NCBI RefSeq assembly: GCF_009914755.1
Contig: NC_060936.1
Direction: 5' to 3' (one strand)
Source: the human T2T-CHM13v2.0 reference genome, Homo sapiens
DNA length: 64,000 nucleotides
A program made the translations under genes and the position numbers. The notes under the pieces were generated by a model. That model was not told the DNA's origin and did no database searches. It saw only the letters and a program-made list of their open reading frames with translations. Below are positions 51,135 to 62,624 of the stretch, in pieces (position 1 is the first letter of the stretch; each line of letters opens with the position of its first letter).

Positions 51135-51916
51135 TCAACAAACATTTTACCAAGTAACATATGTAGATGGCAAATGAGCCCATGAAAAAAATGTTCAACA
51201 TCATTAGTCATTGGTGAAATGCAAATTAAAAGCAAAATGAGATACTATTGCATACCTATTAGAATGACTAAATTAAAAAGACTGACCGTATCATGTGTTG
51301 GCAAGGATATGGTGGAACCTGAACTCTCATATGCTGGTTTTACATATGAGACACATATGATTGTAAAATGGTAAAACCTTTGGGAAACAGTTTAACAGTT
51401 TCTTAAAAAGTTAAACATACACCTACTATGTGATCCAGACATTCTACTCCTAGGTATTTACCCAAGAGAAAGAAAATAGATGTCCCTACAAAGACTTGAG
51501 ACACGAATGTTTGTAACAGCTTTATTTGTAATAGCCCCAAAATGGAAACAAACCAAATGTCCATCAACAGATGACTGGAATAACAAATTGTAGTACAGCT
51601 GTACAATGGAATAGTACTCAGCAAAAAAATGGACTTTTGATACATGCAATGACATGGGTGAATCTTAAAATAATTATGCAGAGTTAAGCTAGACAACAAA
51701 GAGTAGATACTATGTGATTCTGTTTATTTAAAACTAGAAAATGCAAACTATCATCACGGAAAGCATATCAGTGGCTGCTTGGGAATGGGGGAGTGAGGCT
51801 AAAGAAAGGGAGGAATTACAAAGGGGCACAGAAAACTTTTGGAGAGAATGGGTATGTTCATTGTTTTGGTGGTGATCATTTCAGGTGTGTATACATATTT
51901 TAAAACATCAATTTGT

Positions 51917-52207
51917 GGCCGGGCGCGGTGGCTCATGCTTGTAATCCCAGCACTTTGGGAGGCCGAAGCGGGCAGATCACGAGGTCAGGAGATCGAGACC
52001 ATCCTGGCTAACACGGTGAAACCCCATCTCTATTAAAAATACAAAAAATTAGCCAGGCGTGGTGGCAGGCACCTGTAGTCCCAGCTACTCGGGAGGCTGA
52101 GGCAGGAGGATGGCATAAACCCGGGAGGCAGAGCTTGCAGTGAGCCAAGCGCCACTGCACTCCAGGCTGGGCTAGAGTGTGAGACTCCGTCTCAAAAAAA
52201 AAAAAAA
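51917..52207 (+). mobile_element. AluY
   Basis: AluY diagnostics; TSD atcaatttgt. Confidence 0.96.
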
Positions 52208-52736
52208 TCAATTTGTATACTTTAAATATATGCGGTTTTATATATATATGTTATATCTCAATGAGCTAGTTTAAAAAAAACAATAACATACTACTTCCTA
52301 CACACCAGATAGACTACAATTAAAAGTATGGGCAATACTAAAGGTATGGAGAAACAGAACTTTCATCATTGCTGGTAGGAGTCTAAATACGCCCAATTAC
52401 TTTGGAAAACTAGCAGAATTTACTGCAGCTAAACAAACACCTATCCTATGACCCAACAATTCCATTGCTTGGACTATAGTCAAGAGACATGAGTGCATAT
52501 GTCTACCAAAAACACCTATAAGAATATCCATAGTAACTATTCATATTTACCAAAGGAATGAAAAAAATTCATCAGTAGTTGAATTGATAAATTCTGGCAT
52601 ATTCATACAAAGTAATACTACACAGAAAAAAATGAGCCACTGCTACAAAGTGGCAACACATGGAGGAATTTCAGAGACATAATGTTGAGTGAGACAAGCT
52701 GACATGAAGAAAACATACTCTCTGATTCCATTATTA

Positions 52737-52997
<261 letters not shown>

Positions 52998-54692
52998 TTA
53001 CTGGATATATTCTGTATGTTGATATTACGTTTTACACATCTGTGTTTCTCTTATAGATGGTTAACACAGGAGTTACACGGGGAGTATGTAAAAATTCTTT
53101 CAACTGTACATTTAAAATATGTTAACTTAGTAAATATAATACACCAATGAAAAGTAAAAAAAATAAATAAATGAACAGACACTCAAATTCCATGATTTAA
53201 CGAGAGAGACTGGTAAGGAGAAACACGGATATGTAAAACATAATTTCAAGAAAATAGGCAGTGGAAATTTCACAAAGAATTTTAAATTATAAATACAGAG
53301 TTGCTCTTGTTATTTTTTCAGGAATTCTTAGTTGGCTCTGACTTCCTCCTCCCAAACTAGTTGTCTCCCAAACCTAATTGTCTGTGAGTTATTAAGGATT
53401 ACTGAAAATTTGTTTTAATAAACTAAAATTAGCACATTAATAGGGTTTAGTGATTACTCTAAATTAGTATCCTACAAAGAAGTCTGGCTGCGTGCAATGT
53501 TAACTGTACATAAATAGTTAGAATTCCCCTAATTTTCAGAAAGGATGTTTTGCTATCAGTCCCATGGTTTTCGGTTCCTGCCTTTTTGCTTTGTAATGAT
53601 CATTTCCCGTAAGTGTAGATTTACATCACAATGCTTTATGTTTATAATTATAATTAACAACATATATGCATTTTGCTTCAGATGTTAATATTCATAAGCA
53701 TAATGCTAAAGTAGATGTATATAATTCAACCAAACTTGACTTTTTAAGTGACAGTTCATCATAATTACTCAGTACTTTTTCCTCAGAAAAGTAGCAACAG
53801 GTGGAGTAAAGTAGGTTTTGGGATAGTTTTCTGAGGTATTGCTCCTCACACTTGAGGGCATTAGCTGCAGGGGTCTGCCCTCAGACCCTGACCCAAATGA
53901 CAGAAGAATAAAACATACATTGACACGTAGATATTGTTAGAAGCTGGAAAGGGAGTGTCTGCCTAGATGATAGGACTGAAAAAAGGCAGATTTAAGGGAT
54001 GAGCTTAATAGAGTGTAGCAGGTATAGGCAGTAGGTAAAGTGAGAGAATTTAAAATGAATAAATTATCTGGCTTAGACTTTTCCTTCTTTAGCATAATGC
54101 CTGGGACCTGTGTTGTCTTCGGAAGCCACATTGTTGAGGCTGCGGGTCCTGTATGTCTTTTCTCAGGCTGGCTTGAGTTTTTTCTTCTTTCCATCCTTTG
54201 ATAAGAATGTAGTCTCCAGGCTGGTGCTGGTGTACTGGAAATTCTAGGGGTGGTGCCTGTGCTGAGAGACTTTTTACAGTCTTTAAAGAGCAGGTTAGTG
54301 TTTTAAGAAAAACTTGTTGTACTTTAATGTCTAGTTTACAGAAAAACTGGATGATACCTTTTTTATTTTAGCCAATATGTTTACACACAGAATTTTTTTT
54401 ACAATTAACGTTTTAAAACTTGTTTAGACCTTCAAAACAAAAATTATATATTTCCTGCATAAATTCCTTTTCATAACATTCTTCACAACTTTCACAGACA
54501 ATCTTTAACATGGCTTAACTTTCTGACTATGTTTTATAACCTTCCTTACTAAAGGTGCATTCTTATATCTGTAACTTTAATATTTCTTTCCTTTCTTCCT
54601 ACTTTCTCTCCTTAGTCTTTTTGTGTCTGTCTCTGATCTGTCTTTTCTAGTCTCTTTCTTACTCATTCTTTCCCTTTATTTCTCTTTTTAAT

Positions 54693-55905
54693 GTGCACTA
54701 ATTAGGTGAGTGTTGGTATTAACGGATACATGTATATATCTTAGTTTCCCAAATTTAGGGATGTAACATCTGTTTGCCACAACTGATTAGGTTCCAATCC
54801 TCTAGGGTTAACACCTGTTGAAAGAGGGGCTGTGCCTGTGAGCTGGCAATCTGGGCACCGTCAGATAATTTGTTTAGCCAATCTCTGTATAAGTTGAAGT
54901 TGTTTAAGATGAGTTTCTCTAATTTTAGTAGAAAAATTGATGCAATTGGGTGGCTTGGTCTAGCAGTGATGTTACAACCTGAAGAGCTGCTTGATCATTG
55001 CCATAAGCCAATGGGCCAGGCAGAGAGCTGTGGGCTCGAATGTGTGTAATAAAAACAGGATGTGTACGTTGGTGTAGCAATTGCTGAAGTCGGAGAAAAA
55101 GAGCACACAGAGTGGTCTCCAGAGCTAACTTCATGCTGTAAAAGTTCTTTAATAAATAAACAGAGTAACCTCAGCTCTCTGAGTGCTAGTAAACTCTGAG
55201 TGATGGAATTGTGTGGTCTCTACTAGACTGCCGCTTTTCCATGTTTACCAGACCCATCAGTAAACAGTGTTAAAGCATTAGGTATGGGGAAGTGCAATAC
55301 CGCTTCGAATTACCTTTTACTTAAAGGAATCCTGATGATATCAGGGTTATAACTTAGCAATTGACTGCATTAATCATTAAGATGGCAAGTTGAAATAAGT
55401 AACATGAAATTTAAAAAGAAAATCTGAAAGCATCTCTAGAAGCAGAAACTTAAATAATATACTTTAACCATGTGCTTAAAGCCACAGGCAGAACAGCTTA
55501 AATCTTGCAATTGAGTTTTCAAGCTGATCAAGTTTATGGACTTTAATCTGGCCAACAGTCTTGAAAACAGTGACCCAGTAGTTGGGAAACTGAATTCAGG
55601 ACTCTTTTAGCAAGTAGAAATCAAAAGACTATCTAATCAGTGGGTTACGACAGTCATTCATGCATATGCTTTCACTACACTTACATACAACTTTTCTTCT
55701 AATTTAACAAATATGATTTAGTTAGGTTTAAAGTTCTCCTTTAAAGGGTAATGTGTGGTTTTACATGCCTAGCTTTTAACTACTCTTTAACTAATTCATC
55801 GGCCTTCTGTAATCTCTCTCCCTTCAGAGGTTACTGTTTTACCTAAATTGGATTTGGAGAGCTACGTCAGGGGTAGGAGAGAGAGAGCAACAGTGGCCAT
55901 TATCA
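54693..55905 (-). pseudogene. pol: HML-5 pol fragments (RT N-terminus, connection, RNase H, IN N-terminus/core start)
   Basis: THIRAHSSLPGPLAYGNDQA (54925-55134), FTDGS near 55252-55266, PLT*..PI*VKQ*PL near 55830-55875. Confidence 0.82.
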
Positions 55906-56502
55906 GAAAAGAGGTTTTTCAAATTCTTACATTTTACTTAAATTTTAGCAGAGAATTATAATCTGGGATGTCGCTTGTAAACAAGGAGCACTTGCCTTGG
56001 GTCACCTGCAGAGCTAGAGAGCTGAGCCGGCGGGTCCCTGGGCGGTAGCTGTTTTACACTTGTAAAAGCGCTGCCTTTTGCCTGTGCTGGCTCTGTTTCT
56101 GTGAACTTCCGGGCTGCCGAGCCTTTCTTTTTATTTACTGCTTGCTCGGCTGCACGGCTTTCGGCTCCTAATGCCTTTTTTCTTATCTTTTTATAAACAT
56201 ACACCTGATTGCCTTGCCGATTCTGCATTACTGGGCAGAGTAAGAGCTCTGCTTCTAATGCTGCCCGCTTAAGACAGGGACTGATAGCTGTAGCATATCC
56301 TAGGTCTTTTTTCCTATCTATTGGAGGAGGAGGCTCAGGTATAAACCCCCGTTTCCTCTGTTATTTCGGCCCGGTGATATTAGGGTGGAGGGAAGAGGAG
56401 GTGATAAGGCAGGTGACATTTTCTCCTCCTTGCTCTTTTTAGGCTCTTCTGCGTGTAACAGAGCTAAGGCTGCTCTAATTAAAGCCTATAACGTTAAAGC
56501 TG

Positions 56503-56751
56503 TTACTGGGACCTGTTGCCTTTGCACATGTTAAGATTTCTCCCCATTTGTTCCCAGAGTTCTACGTCTAGCGTTCCTTCTTCCGGGAACCACGGGCTTG
56601 GGATCACAAGAGTTTGCATTGCAACAGTTTGTCTAGCATGGATGATTAGGTCCCTTAATTGAGCCTGTGAAACTGAGGCTCCGCTAGCCTTAAGTAACTG
56701 TTTTAATACTTTCATATAATGTTTCTGCTGTGCTAATAACTGTGGTCCCAT
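56503..56751 (-). pseudogene. gag: HML-5 gag matrix (MA) remnant
   Basis: MGPQLLAQQKHYMKVLKQLLKASGASVS...PWFPEEGTLDVELWEQMG; frameshifted downstream. Confidence 0.85.
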
Positions 56752-57044
56752 GATGAAAACTCAGCTTGACCCAACTTCCCCCAGAACTTGGTAACTTTGA
56801 GTGGGCACCAATGACTTGCTGATTACTCACTGACTTGACCGCGCGGTTCCTTTCTTCACCTTTGTTTTCCGGGGGGTCCGTCGCTTTTCCTTCACGCTTC
56901 CTTCGCAGCTTTCCTCATGAGGGCAGTCCTCACTCTTCCTAGGCAGCTTGCCTCAGGAGGGGCTCCAACTGCGGGGAGTCTGTTTCTGCAGACCCCTGAC
57001 TGGCCTCACACGGCTTTCCTCACAGGGCTTTCCTCACACGGGTT

Positions 57045-57062
57045 TCCTCACACAGGCCACCA
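57045..57062 (-). promoter_or_regulatory. Primer-binding site, best match elongator tRNA-Met
   Basis: TGGTGGCCTGTGTGAGGA 2 nt after the LTR end; 16/18 to the complement of the tRNA-Met 3' end as I recall it (TGGTGCCCCGTGTGAGGA). Confidence 0.75.
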
Positions 57063-57416
57063 GCTGAGGTATTGCTCCTCACACGTGAAGGCATTAGCCG
57101 CGGGGTCTGCCCTCAGACCCTGACCCAAACGACAGATGAATAAAACGTACACTGACACACAGATATTCTGTTTTGCCAGTCCAGCTGAGTGTCCAGCCGC
57201 CTGCACACCTAGAGAGGTTTGTCACTGTGGACGGCCCTGAGCAGCTCGAACTCCAGGCATTTATTTAGTATACAATTAACAACAGAAGCTTTGAGTAAAC
57301 TTGAGTAAACACACTTTGAGTAAACTTGAGTAAACACACTTGTGGATAATTAACATGGTTAAGAGAGTAGTTCTAGGAATGATTAAAACTCAGGTACCAC
57401 GGTCTCAGGTAAATAC

Positions 57417-57843
57417 TATCAGGCCTCTCAGCCCAAGCTAAGCCAGATGGCCTGAAGCAACTGAAGATCCACAAAAGAAGTGAAAATAGCCTTAACTGAT
57501 GACATTCCACCACAGTGATTTGTTTCTGCCCCACCCTAACTGATCAATGTACTTTGTAATCTCACCAACCCTTAAGAAGGTTCTTTGTAATCTCCCCACC
57601 CTTAAGAAGGTTCTTTGTAGTTCTCCCCACCCTTGAGAATGTACTTTGTGAGATCCACCCCCTGCCCACAAAACATTGCTCCTAACTCCACCGCCTATCC
57701 CAAAACCTTTAAGAACTAATGATAATCCACCACCCTTTGCTGACTCTCTTCAGACTTAGCCCACCTGCACCCAGGTGAAATAAACAGCCTTGTTACTCAC
57801 ACAAAGCCTGTTTGGTGGTCTCTTCACAGGGACGCGTGTAACA
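57417..57843 (+). mobile_element. HERV-H solo LTR (LTR7B-type) nested antisense in the LTR22
   Basis: tatcaggcctctcagcccaagctaagcca start, repeated cccttaagaaggttctttgta blocks, AATAAA, ends in ...aca; 5-bp TSD AATAC at 57412-57416 and 57844-57848. Confidence 0.93.
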
Positions 57844-58659
57844 AATACCATTAGGGGGCAATATCCTTGGTAGACCTCCCCAGAGAAGGCCATCTGGCTC
57901 AAAGGTTAGTTAATTGAAGTTGGGTAAACAGACTTAACTGGGGAAGCCTCTGTTGTCCCTTGTATTTACCCTATGACCTAATGCTCTAAGGTAAGAACCG
58001 GCCGCCTTGGCCTGTTCAATTATTACAAGCTATGTAAACTTTCGGCCTTCTAAAAGGTTTGTGACTATTTCCTATAACTTTCCCTAATATTTCCCTTTAT
58101 TCTTTCTGCCACCATCCTGAGTGAATCCCAACAGTTTTCTCCCCTTGCAAAATGTACCACGTTCAAAAGTTTGAAGATCACTGTCTTTATTATCATCTTG
58201 CCTTTCATTTTGGCCTTCCTTCTCCAAACACGCACACACCCCCACACACACCAAATCACTTTAGTCTGTCCTAGCAAAAAGTGATCTATGGTCCTTTTTG
58301 GCACACAAAAAAATACAATTGTGTCATTCCTTTTACTCAGAAGACTTCAGTTTTTACATTGCCTTCAGCAGTGATTATTAACCTATTTTAGGTACTTATA
58401 CTTTTGAGAATAAATAATAAAGCTTTTTACTTTCTTCTGAGAAAAATATGCAATATAATTTTATATAATTTTGGAGGTTTAGCAACACCTCTGAAGCCTA
58501 TCCATAGATCTTCTAGGGATCCTTCACCTAACCTATACAATAAAAATGGAATTTCCTTTTAATAGCATAAAAGATTCTTCATTTACCCAGCCAAGCTCTT
58601 CACTTCCACTTTCTACTTTGAAAGGAACTTCCACAGCATACCATATTCTTTCTTATACC

Positions 58660-58895
58660 TTTTTTCCTTTCTTTTCTTTTTTTATTTTATTTTTTATTTT
58701 TATTTTTTTTTGAGACAGAGATTCCTTCTGCAACCCAGGCTGGAGTGAGTGCAGTGGCACAATGATGGCGCTACCTCGTGAGCTCAGGTGATCCTCCTAC
58801 CTCAGCTTCCAGAGTAGCTAGGACTACAGGCATGTAACATCATGCCTGGCCAATTTTTTTTTTAAGAGACAGAATCTCACTATGTTGCCGAGGCA
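58660..58895 (-). mobile_element. AluJ, partial
   Basis: Right arm plus start of left arm, reverse complement. Confidence 0.85.
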
Positions 58896-58899
58896 GTGT

Positions 58900-59620
58900 T
58901 TATTTTTAAATAAACTTTTAATTTCAGCATAGTTTGAGATTTACAAAAAAATCCTGAAGATAAGACAGTTCATTTCTGTATTCCCCACACCCACTTTCCC
59001 TTATTACTAACATCTTACATCAATAAGGTACCTTTGTTACAATTAATGAACCAATATTGATATGTTATTATTAGCTAAAGTTCATACTCTATTCAGATTT
59101 TTTAGTTTTTACCTAATGCCCCTTTTCTGTTACAGGATCCTATCCAGGGTGGCATATAACATTTTGTTGTTGTATCTCTTCTGGCTTCTCTTGGCTGTGA
59201 CAGTTTCTCAGAATTTCCTTGTTTTGATGAGCTTGGCAGTTTTGAGTACTCATCAGGTATTTTGTAGAATAATCTTCATTTGAGGTTTGTCTGATGTTTT
59301 TCTTATGGTGAGACTGGGGTTATATGTTTTGGAGAGAAAGACCACAGAGGCAAATACCATTTTCATCACATCATATCAAGGATGCATACTTATCAATGTG
59401 GCTTATCACTGTTGATGTTAACATTGATCTACTGACTGAAGTAGAATTTGTCAGGTTTCTCTCCTGTGAAATTATTCTTTTCCCTCGTTTCCATACTGTA
59501 TTCTTTGGAAGGAAGTCACTATGCACAGCCTCAATACTTCCTTGAGGGCAGAGTATCTACATAAAGTACTTGAAATTCTCCTGCATGGAAGATTTGTCTA
59601 TTCTTCCTTTCTTTTATTTT
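58900..59620 (-). mobile_element. L1MC3/4-like 3'UTR
   Basis: acaattaatgaaccaatattgata...caggatcctatccagg antisense L1MC text. Confidence 0.8.
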
Positions 59621-59644
59621 TAAATATGTTTACCTCTACCTGGA

Positions 59645-60039
59645 ATGCTGAAATAACACAATTTCAAAATGTCAGTGGCTTAACACGCATTTTATTCCTT
59701 ATTCATTCCAAAATGCCTATCACAGTTTAGCAAGTGGCTCTGCTCCACATAGTCACTCAGACGCTCAGGCTGCCGGAGGTTCCACCATCAGGTAGCTAGC
59801 TACACTTTCTGAAACATACAACTTCATCAGTTGCCAAGGAAAAGTAAGAGCACTGGAGTGTTTTGCACCAGCAGTTAAATGTTTCAGCTTAGAAATGACA
59901 TTTCTACCCATAGCTCATTGCCTAGACTTAGCTACATCACTCCGCCTAACTCTACAAGGGGACAGGGAAGTATAATCCTCCTCTGTGCCTGGAAGGAGAG
60001 GGAACTAGATATGGGTGAGTATTGGAAGTTTCTACCACA
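59645..60039 (-). mobile_element. MLT1K/J-like solo LTR
   Basis: tcagtggcttaacac...ggctctgctccacatagtcactcag...ctaccaca. Confidence 0.72.
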
Positions 60040-60307
60040 AGTCTTCTACCCCACTTGTCCACTAAACAAAATTCTATTCTTCCCCCAATTCTCATTCAGC
60101 TGAAATTCTATGAAGCGTTCACCATCTCTTCCAGACAGACTTCAGGTTCCCTCCATGCTCCATCATCACTTTGTAGCTATCACCATTAAAACTATTACAT
60201 TGGATTATAATTGTTGGTTTGCATGTTCTGTAGAAGAAAACAACCATGTTTTTTCACCTTGGTATCCTCAGCATCAATACAGTGCCTCTTACATAGAAAA
60301 ATATTCA

Positions 60308-60617
<310 letters not shown>

Positions 60618-60748
60618 CTTTTATTATATTGAACTAATGAATAGATAAATTCTTAAACTTTGTAACCAAATGTTATACAGGACCTTATTCTATAATAAAA
60701 TTATAGTGTTCTTAGCAATGAAAGTGGAATTTTTTTGTCCATATTAAA

Positions 60749-61050
60749 TTTTTTTTTTTTTTTTTGAGACAGGGTCTCTCTGTGTCACCCTGGCTGGAGT
60801 GCAGTGGTACAATCTCAGCTCATTGCAACCTCTGTTCCTCCTGGGCTCAAGCAATCCTCTTGCCTCAGCCTCCCGAGTAGCTGGGACTAAGGCGCATGCT
60901 ACCACGCCCGGCTAATTATTTGTATTTTTTGTAGAGATGGGGTTTTGCCATGTTGCCCAGGCTGGTCTCGAACTCCTGGGCTTACACGATTTGCCCACCT
61001 CGGCCTCCCAAAGAGCTGGGATTACAGGTGTGAGCCATGGCACCCAATCC
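60749..61050 (-). mobile_element. AluJ
   Basis: Full dimer; TSD tatta a. Confidence 0.95.
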
Positions 61051-61201
61051 CCTATTAACTTTAAATGAAGTATTGAATCATACCTTCAAATAGTTTCTAC
61101 CCAGATTGGTATGAGAAATCCTGTGCCTCAAACATATGGTCTTATTTCTAATGTATTCCAGAGGGCTAAGTTAACTGTGTATTTTTAAAAATTATTCTCT
61201 C

Positions 61202-61524
61202 GGCCAGGCACAGTAGCTCACATGGTGGATCATACCTATAATCCCAGCACTTTGGGAGGCTGAGGTGGGCGGATCACTTGAGGTCAGGAGTTTGAGACCA
61301 TCCTGGCCTGGTGAAACCTGTCCCTACTAAAAAATACAAAAATTAGCTGGGCATGGTGGTGGGCGCCTGTAATCCCAGCTACTCAGGGAAGTTGAGGCAG
61401 GAGAATTGCTTGAATCCAGGAGGCGGAAGTTGCAGTGAGCTGAGATTGTGCCACTGTATTCCAGCCTGGGTGACAGAGCGAGACTCCATCTCAAAAAAAA
61501 AAAAATTAAATAAATAAATAAAAA
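61202..61524 (+). mobile_element. AluSx
   Basis: Full dimer; TSD aaaa(t/c)tattctct. Confidence 0.95.
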
Positions 61525-62493
61525 CTATTCTCTCTCTTTTTTTAACTCTAAGCTATATTTTGTAATTATTTTCTAATAATTAAAAAAACACATTCCTCTG
61601 TAGTTTGTGGTTGGCTTTTATTTAGAACTTTGTGTTACTTCATTGCATCATATGTAACGTCAGAATCCTGTTTTAAAACACATGTTCAGAAGAGAAGAGC
61701 AACAATTTAATTGTAGGTGGGATGTATTTTTTATACAGTGACTTTACCAAATTTGTTGAGTGGTTACATTGTACAAGTGAAGGTTTCTTACTGGGAAGGC
61801 AGAAGCAAAGGTTTAAAGGAGCATAAGCCCTCGAAAAGCTCATGATAGCAGTTATAAAGACAATACAACAGCAAACAATAATAGAAAATGAAGTCATAGA
61901 TGATATGTAATGACATATGTGTGTTTTTAACACTAAGTCCTCTGAGTTCAAGAATGGCACGTTCTGGGTGTGGAGTGGGTCAGAAGAGAGAAAACCTGGA
62001 GTTAAGGGGATTAGTAAGAAAGCCATGTACTAACATGAAGTTATCATGAAGTCCATACATGAAATTCAGGTCTAAAATAGATGCTACACTCCACAGAGGA
62101 GATTTAACTTGCAGTGTGATTGAATTCCTTACATAGATATGATAATTCTAAGTGTAGTTTTTATGTGTTTAGGTTTATTTTACTCCCTTTGTTTTCACAA
62201 AAATTAGTAGTCAAGTAGTAGCAGATTAGGGTTTAGCATCCTATTTTTAAAATAACATTTCTAATTTACTGTTAGTCTTCAATTACATGTCAGTTTGAAA
62301 CAGCAGTCAAGGAAATTATTTTCTAAAATAAATGTGTGATCTCAACACAGTGTTTCTGGAACTAAAAAAACCCACACAAAATAGATGTGTGAGACACTGA
62401 TACCAGCCCTTATCCTCTTTGGGTCAGGCTGACTTGATTGCAAGGCCTGGGTGTAAATGGCACTACATTTGTGGGTTCAGTTTCTACTTGACT

Positions 62494-62624
62494 GAGGTGG
62501 AAATAGAGTATTTCCATGCTGGCAACCAGCTACCTCACAGAGGTATTGTGTACTGGAGTTGGAAATAGAGTATTTCCATGCTGGCAAACAGCCACCTCAC
62601 AGAGGTATTGTGTACTAGAGTTGG
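62494..62624. repeat. 62-bp tandem duplication (2 copies)
   Basis: 62494-62555 versus 62556-62617, 4 mismatches. Confidence 0.95.

Larger units (their letters stand above)
53832..58133 (-). mobile_element. Deleted, chimeric HERV-K(HML-5)/HERVK22 provirus: LTR22-type 5' LTR 57065-58133, 3' LTR remnant 53832-53935
   Basis: TG...CA ends; 6-bp TSD GTTTTC at 53826-53831 and 58134-58139; betaretroviral MA (PWFPEEGTLD), RT start, RNase H FTDGS, IN CPDC and GVNPRGL..NQLWQTDVT, env start. Confidence 0.88.

Noticed and set aside
53312-53389. Possible 62-nt exon (ttttttcag ... gtgagt)
   Set aside because: Splice-like pairs are frequent by chance; no partner exons or coding signal
53832-53935. LTR end plus PBS-like sequence suggesting a second tandem provirus
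   Set aside because: It ends in CA and abuts the GTTTTC TSD, so it is the true 3' LTR terminus of the same provirus
57004-57062. Short repeat array that could be taken for a CRISPR-like or tRNA-gene feature
   Set aside because: No unique spacers and no cloverleaf; these are partial copies of the retroviral PBS, reported as a finding
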